Source: Enterobacteria phage mEp460. From it: a DNA stretch of 44,510 nucleotides. The position numbers and the translations under genes are program-made. This document shows, in pieces, positions 28,320 through 37,156 of this stretch (its first letter is position 1; every line of letters starts with the position of its first letter). The stretch lies in sequence record NC_019716.1; one strand, 5' to 3'. The notes beneath the pieces were generated by a model that saw only the letters and a program-made list of their open reading frames with translations, was not told the origin of the DNA and ran no database searches.

Positions 28320-28515
28320 GCTTCACCTCGATAGGCTTGATGCTGTCGATCAGCAGTCGGCGGCGCGTATTTTCTGCAAAGTGGCGGCGTCCGGTTTCTT
28401 TGTGGTAAAACTCGTTTTTTCCGACGACCCACATCCGCTTTGTCTGGTGCAGTTTTTTTACCTGCGGACCGTCTCGGGTGATAACAATTCCTGTATGAGT
28501 TTTTATTACGCTCAT
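28312..28515 (-). CDS. Hypothetical protein
   Basis: 67-aa ORF in operon context. Confidence 0.4.
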   Translation of the reverse strand: MSVIKTHTGIVITRDGPQVKKLHQTKRMWVVGKNEFYHKETGRRHFAENTRRRLLIDSIKPIEVKHV

Positions 28516-28874
28516 TTCTTATTCTCCGGTGCTTTCGGCATTACTGCCCAGTGAGTGATATTGACGTTTTCAAGGTCCCCGATCTGAAATGTCCACTGCC
28601 ATTCTCCGGTTTCTTTTTGTCCCCAGGTGTACCAGAGAGAACGCCAGCCAATTAGCCAGCCTTCTCCGTTAGCATCAAATAACAGAACACTTTCATTTGC
28701 TGGTGGCAGTTCAGCTGACACTGGTATTATTTTGTTTTCCAGTGCCGCACATTTAGCTTCAAGCGCATCGAATTTACGTACCAGGTACTCAGCATTTGTT
28801 TCGTTCACTTTCAGATCTCGTGGTACACATTTCCCGCGAAGAAACCCTTCCATTTCGAAAACATTCATGCGCAT
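28512..28874 (-). CDS. DUF551-like protein
   Basis: 120 aa; C-terminal ITHWAVMPKAPE motif. Confidence 0.5.
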   Translation of the reverse strand: MRMNVFEMEGFLRGKCVPRDLKVNETNAEYLVRKFDALEAKCAALENKIIPVSAELPPANESVLLFDANGEGWLIGWRSLWYTWGQKETGEWQWTFQIGDLENVNITHWAVMPKAPENKK

Positions 28875-29413
28875 TTGCGTAACTCCGATAACTCGTTAAA
28901 ACGTTCCATAAACATCCCGTAGGCATGGCCCGGTGTCAGTGGAATCACGTTGAACATCTCTGTTGCCGGGATGCCTTCCAGTACAGGCCAGAAAGAGCCA
29001 TCATCAAGCCCGAGATCGCGGCGTTCGGTTGCCAGCATGATGAGATCGGCATATTTCACAGGCGTGCTCATAACCGGGGGTAACCCGTATTTCTCACGGA
29101 TTACGGCATCTATTTTTTCTTCCATCCGTTTATAGTCAGGAAGAAGTCGTTTCAGTGGCGCGGGGATGTCCTGGCAATATGCTTCTGTTGCATCATGCAT
29201 TAACGCTTCAAAAGCAAATTCCTGCGGCACCAGCTGGCTGCAAAGCACCGCATGCTGGGCGACACTGTAGAAGTGTGAAAGATGTCCTGCAAAGCGACAG
29301 ATATTTGAAAGGGAAACTGCGATATCGTTAATCACGATGTCGTCTTTATTTATCTTGTCATAATAAAAATGCTTCCCGGAAAAAGTTTTAATAAATGACA
29401 TTTCGTTCTCCAC
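28865..29413 (-). CDS. HD-domain phosphohydrolase (YfdR-like 5'-deoxynucleotidase family)
   Basis: H...HD...E metal-binding motifs (VAQHAVLCS...MHDATEAY); 182 aa. Confidence 0.7.
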   Translation of the reverse strand: MENEMSFIKTFSGKHFYYDKINKDDIVINDIAVSLSNICRFAGHLSHFYSVAQHAVLCSQLVPQEFAFEALMHDATEAYCQDIPAPLKRLLPDYKRMEEKIDAVIREKYGLPPVMSTPVKYADLIMLATERRDLGLDDGSFWPVLEGIPATEMFNVIPLTPGHAYGMFMERFNELSELRKCA

Positions 29414-29529
29414 TTTATATGCGCTGCACCGCGCTGAATTCTGCTAAAAGTGAGCTCTCACCATCCGGTGATTATTGAGTTAATTACGTTTCCATAAATG
29501 CCCCCGCAGGGGCATTTGCAGTAATGAAA

Positions 29530-30354
29530 TCAGGCGGTGAAAGTACCAATAAAGGTTTCTACTTTGCTGTCTTTGAATTTCTCAACAAGCAGATCACGAA
29601 ATTCGTTAGCCATATCTTCCTGCACCGCTTCCAGCTGAATAATGCGCAGAACCAGTACAGGACGATCGCCAGTGATAATGCTGAGGCGTAATTTAAACGG
29701 ACGTTCTTTCAGACCTTCAAACGGAACGCATTTAAATTCAAATGCCACTGGCATAATGTCTTTGGTCTTCGCTTCGACAGATTCCATCAGGGAGCGTTTG
29801 CCGCTGAAGTCATTATCTTCAAAATCAGCGGTCTGGTTTGCTTCAATCGTGATTTTACGGACTGCCGCAGCCGCTTTTGTTGCCTGAATAGCGTCACCAT
29901 TAGCATCAAAGCCCACAAGGTAGTCGGCCCAGTCTTCAATCCATTCTGCCAGTGACTTCTGGGAGTTACGCTCGCCGTTAACAGACAACAGGGCAGAGAA
30001 CGGTGCTGTCTTTTTCAGTTTGAGAGTGGCGGTGTTATCTGCGTGACCTGGTTCATCAATAGTACCCAGGTTAAGTACACTGACGGCACGCATATTATCA
30101 GCATCGATAAAGCAGCGGGTGCCTTCATCTGCAAGATCTTTAGAATAACGGGTAAAGTCATCGATGTTGGCAGTGGAAAGCGCACCACGGAAACGGAAGC
30201 GATTTAAATTAAATTTTTCCAGATCATGAATGCGGAAATTCTCAGGCAATGCCACAGCATCGGCACCAATCTTACTGATAATTTCATTAACACCCTGAGC
30301 AGAAATAAGGGCATGGATTTGATTAATTGCGGTTGCGTCTAAGTTCTGAGACAT
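29530..30354 (-). CDS. YfdQ-like protein (DUF2303)
   Basis: 274 aa, length and composition matching CPS-53-type YfdQ family as recalled; function unknown. Confidence 0.5.
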   Translation of the reverse strand: MSQNLDATAINQIHALISAQGVNEIISKIGADAVALPENFRIHDLEKFNLNRFRFRGALSTANIDDFTRYSKDLADEGTRCFIDADNMRAVSVLNLGTIDEPGHADNTATLKLKKTAPFSALLSVNGERNSQKSLAEWIEDWADYLVGFDANGDAIQATKAAAAVRKITIEANQTADFEDNDFSGKRSLMESVEAKTKDIMPVAFEFKCVPFEGLKERPFKLRLSIITGDRPVLVLRIIQLEAVQEDMANEFRDLLVEKFKDSKVETFIGTFTA

Positions 30355-30419
30355 AATAAGTCCTCACTATATAAAGATATTCAGTGATGAGATAAATAAT
30401 CAGTTAATTAAGAACGATA

Positions 30420-30782
30420 TTAATGACCTGCTGCGCGTAGTTTTCCGTCAGGTTCACCGGCAAGAGTCAGTAATTGTCCCTGGTCTTCCTGCAGAATAGT
30501 CAGGCGACCACCGCGATTGACATACATCGGCGTTTCGGTGGTGTCTTCTTCGGAAATTTTCCCGCGGTTAGTCGGGCGAACATATGAGAGTTTGTGTTTG
30601 ATTTTCACACGGTTCTCATCAAATGGTTCGATTTCCAGGTTGAGTGAGACCTTACCTTTGGTTTTCGTGTTCATCACACCTGAAGCGACTTCACTGAGAA
30701 CTGCGCCGATTTTGGTTTCAAATACGCCGCCGTCCAGCTCCCCGATAAATGCCTGCACATCAGTACTGCGTTCGCTAGCCAT
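30420..30782 (-). CDS. YfdP-like hypothetical protein (120 aa)
   Basis: Start at MASERS with GAGGAG SD; the 182-aa track ORF extends through a hairpin-rich region and is unlikely. Confidence 0.5.
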   Translation of the reverse strand: MASERSTDVQAFIGELDGGVFETKIGAVLSEVASGVMNTKTKGKVSLNLEIEPFDENRVKIKHKLSYVRPTNRGKISEEDTTETPMYVNRGGRLTILQEDQGQLLTLAGEPDGKLRAAGH

Positions 30783-31410
30783 TTTGCTGCTCCTCATCAT
30801 ATCGACCCTGCAAGGTCGGTTGGTTTCTCCACAAAACAGAGAAGAACACCTGCGGTGGCAGCCGCCCGGATGGATTGGGTTATGAGCCCGTCGTCCGGTG
30901 ATGCTCTTCTCTGTTTTGTAAAAAGAGCGGTACCAGCCGGAAGCAAGTGTACAAACTGGTACCGCCAAAGCAGTGGCTGTTGTGGTGACCGGTGCTGATC
31001 TCCGGCTTGCGGTTATTTCAGACTCTCACGGGCGTTTAATTGCCCCGCCGAACAGCTCTTTTCCGCAATAGCTGCAATGTCTTTCGCGCATCAGCCTGCG
31101 CATTCACCACAACGCTGAGAGCACTTAGCCAGTTACGGCACCACACTTTGTCGCGGCTCCATAAATGCCCTCATCGTTGCACCCTGGTCTCTTCCCAGGC
31201 GTCAAACCGAATCGCCACGCTGGTTAGGCGTCTTATCAGCATCATCATTGACTTGCACATTCCGGCTACCTGGTTTGTTTGCCCGAGCAAGGAGTGGATT
31301 GTCCCCTTTAACGTCCCCAGACCGCTAACGACGCATGTGCCATACGCCGTGTTACAACCAAATTTTGTTAGTACCTTGTTTGTAGGTCTGGAAAGAAAGA
31401 TAAAATGAAG

Positions 31411-31449
31411 TTGCGCATTATGCAAGTGTTTTTATTGCGAGATATGCAA
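31411..31449. promoter_or_regulatory. Putative OL operators: two 15-bp TTGCG-N5-NGCAA sites, 9 bp apart
   Basis: TTGCGCATTATGCAA and TTGCGAGATATGCAA just downstream of the cI 3' end. Confidence 0.5.
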
Positions 31450-31463
31450 TTTGGTGGGTAATG

Positions 31464-31483
31464 AAAAGCCACCTTCTGGTGGC
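31464..31483 (-). terminator. Intrinsic terminator after cI
   Basis: GCCACC-AGAA-GGTGGC hairpin followed by TTTT on the minus strand, 23 nt past the cI stop. Confidence 0.55.
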
Positions 31484-31505
31484 TAATTGATGTTGAGGTA
31501 GGGGG

Positions 31506-32198
31506 TTAATTGTGTCGCTTAAGGGTTTGTGACTGACTGATTAAGACCTTTCCAAAGACCATAAACCGATGTTCGTTTTCGCTGGTAATTCCCCATTCGC
31601 GGTAAATCTGATTATCAGAAATTACCAGCAGTTTATCAGGTATCATTTGCAGTCGTTTGACGTAAATTTTATCATCAAAACCAAATACATATATACCATC
31701 CCCATCAAACTGATTGATACTGATATCAACGAAGATGAGATCTCCTGGCTCAATGGTTGGACACATACTGTCCCCACGAACGTTGATAACTTTAATGTGA
31801 TTGGCTGGTCGTCCGCCAAACATCGATACAGCATTATCAGTTCTGTATTCAATGGCATGAATCACATCAATGACATCACCGCCCTGGATAAGGCCATTTC
31901 CCGCACTGGCACTGACATCCAGCATTTCAATACGGAATACATCCTTCACCTGCGCAACATCCTCACTAATACTGTTTTTACATACAGTATTACTTTTGAC
32001 GTCTGAGGTAAAGAGATCAGCAATATCAACACCTAAGCTCCTGGCAATATTACTCAGGGCTTGTTCAGTGAATTGTTTCTGCTTACCTGTTTCCAGGCGC
32101 GAGATATTCGCCGCATCCACTCCTATTGCTTCAGCGAGATCGGCGATTTTCATGTTCTTCGCCTGGCGAAGTTGTCTGACTCGGTTTCCTATGTTCAT
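31506..32198 (-). CDS. cI: CI-type prophage repressor (HTH_XRE plus S24 LexA-like autopeptidase)
   Basis: N-terminal HTH (VRQLRQAKNMKIADLAEAIGV), C-terminal GDSM catalytic Ser and VKRL Lys motifs. Confidence 0.9.
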   Translation of the reverse strand: MNIGNRVRQLRQAKNMKIADLAEAIGVDAANISRLETGKQKQFTEQALSNIARSLGVDIADLFTSDVKSNTVCKNSISEDVAQVKDVFRIEMLDVSASAGNGLIQGGDVIDVIHAIEYRTDNAVSMFGGRPANHIKVINVRGDSMCPTIEPGDLIFVDISINQFDGDGIYVFGFDDKIYVKRLQMIPDKLLVISDNQIYREWGITSENEHRFMVFGKVLISQSQTLKRHN

Positions 32199-32218
32199 GC
32201 GTTTATTACATTTCTTTA

Positions 32219-32281
32219 TTGCGCGTTAAGCAAATCAACTTGCGCAAAATATTTGCGTGAAATAATATGCTCATCACGCAA
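32219..32281. promoter_or_regulatory. Putative OR operator region / divergent pRM-pR promoters
   Basis: TTGCGCGTTAAGCAA plus further TTGCG/CGCAA half-sites between cI and cro. Confidence 0.45.
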
Positions 32282-32295
32282 TATGTGGAGGTTAT

Positions 32296-32556
32296 ATGCA
32301 ATCACCATTACGAAATGTGCGTAAGGCGCACGGATTTACTTTGCAGCATGTTGCTGCGGGCGTTCAGGTCAATCCAGCGACGCTGAGTCGTATTGAAAGA
32401 CTGGAACAAATTCCATCTATCGATCTTGCAGAACGTCTGGCCAATTTTTTTAAGGGTGAAATCAGCGAAATGCAGATTCTTTATCCGGCACGTTTTCAAT
32501 CTAGCCAAAACCAGAATGGGTTTAAACCACAGGAACAGGAGGTAAGCCGTGGGTAA
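32296..32556 (+). CDS. cro: Cro-like HTH repressor
   Basis: 86 aa, HTH_XRE (RKAHGFTLQHVAAGVQVNPATLSRIE), divergent from cI across the operator region. Confidence 0.8.
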   Translation: MQSPLRNVRKAHGFTLQHVAAGVQVNPATLSRIERLEQIPSIDLAERLANFFKGEISEMQILYPARFQSSQNQNGFKPQEQEVSRG

Positions 32557-33100
32557 GCATCACTGGAAAGTGGAAAAACAACCTGAGTGGTACGTGAAAG
32601 CTGTCAGAAAAACTATCGCGGCATTGCCTGGGGGTTACGCTGAAGCTGCTGACTGGCTGGATGTAACAGAGAACGCTTTATTCAACCGCCTTCGTGCAGA
32701 TGGCGATCAGATTTTCCCGCTGGGATGGGCAATGGTTTTACAGCGCGCGGCTGGCACTCACTACATTGCGGATGCTGTCGCACAGTCTGCCGGTGGGGTG
32801 TTCGTATCGCTTCCTGAAATTGAGGAAGTAGAGAACGCCGATATAAACCAGCGCCTGCTGGAAGTCATCGAACAGATCGGGAATTACTCAAAGCAGATTC
32901 GTTCGGCAATCGAAGATGGGGTCGTGGAGCCACACGAGCAGACAGCAATTAATGATGAGTTGTATCTGTCAATTTCGAAGCTCCAGGAGCATGCAGCACT
33001 GGTCTACAAAATCTTCTGCGCTCCAGAAAAGAGTGACGCCCGCGAGTGTGCAGCTCCGGGCGTCGTGGCGTTTTGTGTCTGTGGAGAAACTAACGCATGA
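32549..33100 (+). CDS. YdaT-family / CII-position regulatory protein, putative
   Basis: 183 aa immediately after cro with overlapping start; family assignment from recalled sequence pattern. Confidence 0.5.
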   Translation: MGKHHWKVEKQPEWYVKAVRKTIAALPGGYAEAADWLDVTENALFNRLRADGDQIFPLGWAMVLQRAAGTHYIADAVAQSAGGVFVSLPEIEEVENADINQRLLEVIEQIGNYSKQIRSAIEDGVVEPHEQTAINDELYLSISKLQEHAALVYKIFCAPEKSDARECAAPGVVAFCVCGETNA

Positions 33101-33245
33101 ACAGTTTAACGGCAAATAACCGTTTGTCGCAACAGCTGGTGGTCAGTGTCGCTGAACACCTGTTGTTACGGCATGAATGCAGATTACCAAATCACTTGGC
33201 TGTAAGTAACCACAGAGAACTTTACCTGACTGTGGGGGGCGAGTT

Positions 33246-33425
33246 GTGCAGGAACTTAACCGCTGGTTTCGTGACGGAAGAGGGCTTTATGTCCATGTTA
33301 TTCGTTGGGAGCCAGAAACACAGCGCGTTATCTATCTTCGCAAAGACTACCCGCATGAGTGCTTTAGTCCTTTGTGGAAATTCAGGCGTGATTTTGTTGA
33401 GTGTGAAGGACCACCAGCACATTGA
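33246..33425 (+). CDS. Small hypothetical protein (59 aa, GTG start)
   Basis: Protein-like translation (...RWFRDGRGLYVHVIRWEPETQRVIYLRKDYPHECFSPLWKFRRDFVECEGPPAH); GGGGGCGAG SD-like upstream. Confidence 0.3.
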   Translation: MQELNRWFRDGRGLYVHVIRWEPETQRVIYLRKDYPHECFSPLWKFRRDFVECEGPPAH

Positions 33426-33510
33426 TTCTGCCATTCCGGGACGTTACACTGTTCAGGCACCTTATAAAGCGGGTGCCGGGCGTGGAAACCCGGAATTCAC
33501 CAAAGCGCAC

Positions 33511-33534
33511 AACCGCGCTCTTGCGGTTTTTTTG
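33511..33534 (+). terminator. Intrinsic terminator in the early-right operon (tR1-like)
   Basis: AACCGC-GCTCTT-GCGGTT hairpin followed by TTTTTTT. Confidence 0.6.
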
Positions 33535-33702
33535 TGTAATGAGCAGCATTACGCCCAAATTATGGTGGGGCGTGCAGGGCCAACTTCGGTTGGGCCGGGT
33601 TCTTTGGTGACCGGTATTTCCACCCCTGTACGTCTCACCACCAATAAGGTCGTGGAAAGCCTTGGTGGTGAGTTATTAAAAATCACCAAAGAGGCTGCCA
33701 TC

Positions 33703-34248
33703 ATGGCTACGATCCCAACCCTCACTCAACCTGAAATTGCCATCGTTGATGGTCAGGCTGTTACTTCATCCCTGGCTGTTGCCAACTTCTTCTCCAAACG
33801 TCATGACGATGTACTGAAAAAGATCCGCACGCTTGAATGCTCTGCATCATTCACTTCCCGCAATTTTTCGGTGAGTGATTACACCGATTGCACAGGCCGC
33901 AAACTACCTTGCTATCAAATAACCCGCGACGGCTTTGCGTTTCTTGCTATGGGTTTCACGGGTAAACGTGCTGCCCAGTTCAAAGAGGCATACATCAATG
34001 CCTTTAACCAGATGGAGAAACAGCTTTCAAATCCCTCTGTACTGAGCGACGTTGCACATAACGCCAGCGTTCTCTATTCCTACATTTCATCAATTCATCA
34101 GGTCTGGCTGCAGCAGCTTTATCCTATGTTGGCAAAAGCCGAATCTCCGCTGGCTGTTAGCTTGTATGACTATATTAATGATGCTTCGGCACTGGCCTGC
34201 CTCATAAATTTGTCGCTGAACCCTTCAGAGGTAAGGGGGCGCAAATGA
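33703..34248 (+). CDS. Rha-family phage regulatory protein
   Basis: 181 aa; AAAGAGG SD 8 nt upstream; Rha-type pattern (VDGQAVTSSL.VA..F.KRHDDVLKKI...YQITRDGFAFLAMGFTGKRAAQFKEAYINAF). Confidence 0.7.
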   Translation: MATIPTLTQPEIAIVDGQAVTSSLAVANFFSKRHDDVLKKIRTLECSASFTSRNFSVSDYTDCTGRKLPCYQITRDGFAFLAMGFTGKRAAQFKEAYINAFNQMEKQLSNPSVLSDVAHNASVLYSYISSIHQVWLQQLYPMLAKAESPLAVSLYDYINDASALACLINLSLNPSEVRGRK

Positions 34249-34469
34249 TCCGGAATATTTTCAAACGGTTTACCAATCAGACTTTCCGTTGTCCTCGTCC
34301 GGGTCAGTGGTACACCACACCTGCAGGGCATGTTCTACGTGTTAGCCTGGTTGACCGTGAATGCCAGAAGGTGATTTGTGAACCGCTGGGCCGTAATTAC
34401 CGCGTCAGTATGCCGCTTATAGCCTTTCGCTCCGGAAAAAACATGAAGCATCTCGGAGGTGCAGCATGA
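34245..34469 (+). CDS. Hypothetical protein, translationally coupled
   Basis: 74 aa; ATGA overlaps at both ends. Confidence 0.45.
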   Translation: MIRNIFKRFTNQTFRCPRPGQWYTTPAGHVLRVSLVDRECQKVICEPLGRNYRVSMPLIAFRSGKNMKHLGGAA

Positions 34470-35284
34470 GTATGGAGCTGATGGTTAAAGCGATGAAAAT
34501 TCGAGTGGGTAATCCATTGCGAAAACTGGTTCTGATCAAGCTGGCTGATAATGCCAGCGATCAGGGTGAGTGCTGGCCCAGCTACCAGCATATTGCTGAC
34601 CAGTGCGAGATTAGCAAACGTTCTGTGATGAATCATATTGCGGCCCTTTGTGAGTCCGGGCTGGTAAAAAAAGTCACCCGGAAAGGTGAAAAAGGTAACT
34701 CAAGTAATATCTATCTCCTTCATCTGGATGGTGCAGGAGATTCACTAGGGGGTAGTGCAAATAATTCACTATCTGGTGCAGCAAATTCACCAGGTAGTGC
34801 AGGAGTTGCACCAGGGGGTAGTGCAGGAGATTCACCCAGAACCAGTCACTCTTTTGAACCAGTCAAAGAACCAGTCAATGAACCAATAGCTGTTGGTGCA
34901 TCAGTTGATGAGTCCGTGCGAGTTCGTTCAAACCGACCGGAATACTCTCCGGAGTTTGAGCAGGCATGGCTGGCATATCCCAAACGTGCTGGTGGCAATT
35001 CAAAATCTGCAGCCTTCAAAGCCTGGAAAGCCCGTTTGAACGAGGGGGTAAACCCCGAAACCATGCTGGAAGGTGTGAAACGCTACGCGGGCTGGGTATC
35101 TGCGATGGGCAATAGCGGCACACAATTTGTGAAACAGGCTGTCACGTTCTTTGGTCCAGATCGTCATTTCGAAGAATCCTGGGAAGTTCCTGCGGTATCT
35201 GCAGCCAGACGCGAGGACCCGTACTTCAAAGCCAGTTACGACAACGTGGACTACAGCCAGATCCCGGCAGGATTCAGGGGGTGA
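34466..35284 (+). CDS. Replication initiation protein, putative (N-terminal winged helix, O-like)
   Basis: 272 aa; N-terminal HTH (SYQHIADQCEISKRSVMNHIAAL), low-complexity linker encoded by DNA repeats, conserved C-terminal region. Confidence 0.55.
   Translation: MSMELMVKAMKIRVGNPLRKLVLIKLADNASDQGECWPSYQHIADQCEISKRSVMNHIAALCESGLVKKVTRKGEKGNSSNIYLLHLDGAGDSLGGSANNSLSGAANSPGSAGVAPGGSAGDSPRTSHSFEPVKEPVNEPIAVGASVDESVRVRSNRPEYSPEFEQAWLAYPKRAGGNSKSAAFKAWKARLNEGVNPETMLEGVKRYAGWVSAMGNSGTQFVKQAVTFFGPDRHFEESWEVPAVSAARREDPYFKASYDNVDYSQIPAGFRG
34728..34890. repeat. Iteron-like direct repeats inside the replication gene (candidate ori)
   Basis: GGTGCAGGAGATTCAC twice, GGGGGTAGTGCA twice, ACCAGTCA three times. 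Confidence 0.4.
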
Positions 35285-35775
35285 TCATGAGTCTTTTGAA
35301 TGAAGTTCAGAAATTCATTGAAGCCCATCCGGGGTGTACTTCCGGAGACATTGCGGATGCTTTTGCAGGTTACTCACGGCAGCGCGTTCTGCAGTCAGCA
35401 AGCAAGTTACGTCAGAGTGGGCGTGTGGCTCACCGTTGTGAAGGAGATACACGCAGACATTTCCCACGCCTGACTGAGAGAGCGCAGGAGCCGGAACCAC
35501 AACCAGTTCGTGAAACCAGACCTGTGCGCAATTTCTATGTCGGCACTAACGATCCCCGGGTGATTTTGTGCCTGACCCGCCAGGCGGAAGAACTGGAGTC
35601 CAGGGGCTTATACCGTCGTGCTGCAACGGTGTGGATGGCGGCATTCCGTGAAAGCCACTCCCAGCCAGAACGAAACAATTTTCTGGCGCGTCGTGAGCAG
35701 TTTTTACGGAAAAGCAGCAAGCGCGCTGTATCGGGTGATGAGTGGTATCTGTCAGGGAATTACGTGGGGGCTTAA
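35281..35775 (+). CDS. PerC/ANR-like putative transcriptional regulator
   Basis: 164 aa; C-terminal EELESRGLYRRAATVWMAAF...ERNNFLARR pattern; overlapping starts and stops. Confidence 0.4.
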   Translation: MIMSLLNEVQKFIEAHPGCTSGDIADAFAGYSRQRVLQSASKLRQSGRVAHRCEGDTRRHFPRLTERAQEPEPQPVRETRPVRNFYVGTNDPRVILCLTRQAEELESRGLYRRAATVWMAAFRESHSQPERNNFLARREQFLRKSSKRAVSGDEWYLSGNYVGA

Positions 35776-36428
35776 TGAGTAATAAATATTGCCAGGAGCT
35801 GGTGGAACTGCGGAACAAACCAGCCCATGAACTGAAGGAAGTGGGTGATCAGTGGCGCACGCCGGACAACATTTTCTGGGGAATTAACACCCTGTTTGGC
35901 CCGTTTGTTCTGGATCTGTTCACTGACGGTGATAACGCCAAATGTGCCGCGTATTACACGGCGGAAGACAACGCGCTGGCGCATGACTGGTCAGAACGCC
36001 TTGTGGAGCTTAAAGGTGCTGCCTTTGGTAATCCTCCATACAGCCGCGCCAGTCAGCATGAGGGGCAATACATCACCGGCATGCGTTACATCATGAAACA
36101 TGCCAGTGCCATGCGTGATAAGGGCGGGCGCTATGTTTTCCTGATCAAAGCTGCCACCAGCGAAGTGTGGTGGCCGGAAGATGCAGATCATATTGCTTTT
36201 ATTCGCGGGCGTATTGGTTTTGAACTGCCTGTCTGGTTTATCCCGAAAGACGAGAAGCAGGTACCGACAGGAGCTTTTTTCGCTGGTGCTATTGCTGTTT
36301 TTGACAAGACCTGGAAGGGACCGGCAATCAGCTACATCGGGCGCGATGAACTTGAGGCATGTGGTGAGGCGTTTCTGGCGCAGGTTCGCCAGCAGGCGGA
36401 AAAACTGGTCAGGGAGATGGTGGCATGA
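35775..36428 (+). CDS. Phage Dam-like DNA N6-adenine methyltransferase (orphan)
   Basis: GNPPYS catalytic motif; start at ATG 35775 (MSNKY) overlapping upstream stop; no adjacent restriction gene. Confidence 0.75.
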   Translation: MSNKYCQELVELRNKPAHELKEVGDQWRTPDNIFWGINTLFGPFVLDLFTDGDNAKCAAYYTAEDNALAHDWSERLVELKGAAFGNPPYSRASQHEGQYITGMRYIMKHASAMRDKGGRYVFLIKAATSEVWWPEDADHIAFIRGRIGFELPVWFIPKDEKQVPTGAFFAGAIAVFDKTWKGPAISYIGRDELEACGEAFLAQVRQQAEKLVREMVA

Positions 36429-36751
36429 CGACGTTAACTCAATGCCAGCAGCAGGTGCTGGATATGCTGATTTCTTATCAGAAAGAACGTGGCTTCCCGC
36501 CAACCAATCAGGAGGTGGCAACCATGCTGGGATACCGTTCAGTGAATGCAGCGGTGGAGCATCTTCGCGCACTGGAGAAAAAAGGCGTCATCACGATAAA
36601 GCGTGGCGTGGCCCGGGGGATAACGCTTCATACCGCGGTGAAGGACGACGACAGCGAGGCGGTCGGGATTATCCGCTCACTGCTTGCCGGTGAGGAAAAC
36701 GCAAGGCTGCGTGCAACCCACTGGTTACATGAGAGGGGCCTGAAAGCATGA
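36425..36751 (+). CDS. LexA N-terminal DNA-binding-domain homolog lacking the S24 peptidase domain
   Basis: 108 aa; LT.CQQQVLDMLISYQKERGFPPTNQEVATMLGYRSVNAAVEHLRALEKKGVITIKRGVARGITL parallels the LexA winged-HTH; short helical tail. Confidence 0.6.
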   Translation: MTTLTQCQQQVLDMLISYQKERGFPPTNQEVATMLGYRSVNAAVEHLRALEKKGVITIKRGVARGITLHTAVKDDDSEAVGIIRSLLAGEENARLRATHWLHERGLKA

Positions 36752-37137
36752 AGCTGATCCTGCCTTTTCCGCCCAGCGTGAACACGTACTGGCGACACCC
36801 CAACAAAGGGGCGTTTGCTGGTAAGAGCCTGATAAGCGCGGCGGGGCGCAAATTCCAGAGCGCGGCGTGTGCAGCAATAGTTGAGCAGTTACGTCGTCTG
36901 CCGAAACCAACGTCGGCACCTGCTTCAGTGGAGATCGTGTTGTTTCCTCCGGATAACCGGATCCGCGATCTGGACAACTATAACAAGGCGCTGTTTGACG
37001 CCCTGACCCACGCGGGTGTGTGGGAAGACGACAGTCAGGTGAAAAGAATGCTGGTGGAGTGGGGACCGGTTATCCCGAAAGGGAAGGTCGAGATCACTAT
37101 CAGTAAGTACGAGAAAACGGCGGGTGCAGCCGCCTGA
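36748..37137 (+). CDS. rusA: RusA Holliday-junction resolvase
   Basis: 129 aa; PPSVNTYWRH and RDLDNYNKALFDALT...WEDDSQV motifs. Confidence 0.8.
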   Translation: MKLILPFPPSVNTYWRHPNKGAFAGKSLISAAGRKFQSAACAAIVEQLRRLPKPTSAPASVEIVLFPPDNRIRDLDNYNKALFDALTHAGVWEDDSQVKRMLVEWGPVIPKGKVEITISKYEKTAGAAA

Positions 37138-37156
37138 TCAAGAGGAGAAACGAAGT

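Noticed and set aside
30783-30968. 62-codon N-terminal extension of the YfdP-like ORF
   Set aside because: Spans long inverted repeats; GAGGAG SD precedes the internal ATG at 30782.
31040-31425. ORFs of 122 aa (plus strand) and 84 aa (minus strand, TTG start) in the pL leader, considered as a possible N gene
   Set aside because: No Arg-rich N-terminal motif, poor composition, non-ATG start; cannot be supported as an antiterminator.
33097-33702. Upstream 200 codons of the 383-aa ORF containing rha
   Set aside because: Implausible Cys/His-rich composition, contains a strong terminator at 33511-33534, and an SD precedes ATG 33703; treated as non-coding in this frame.
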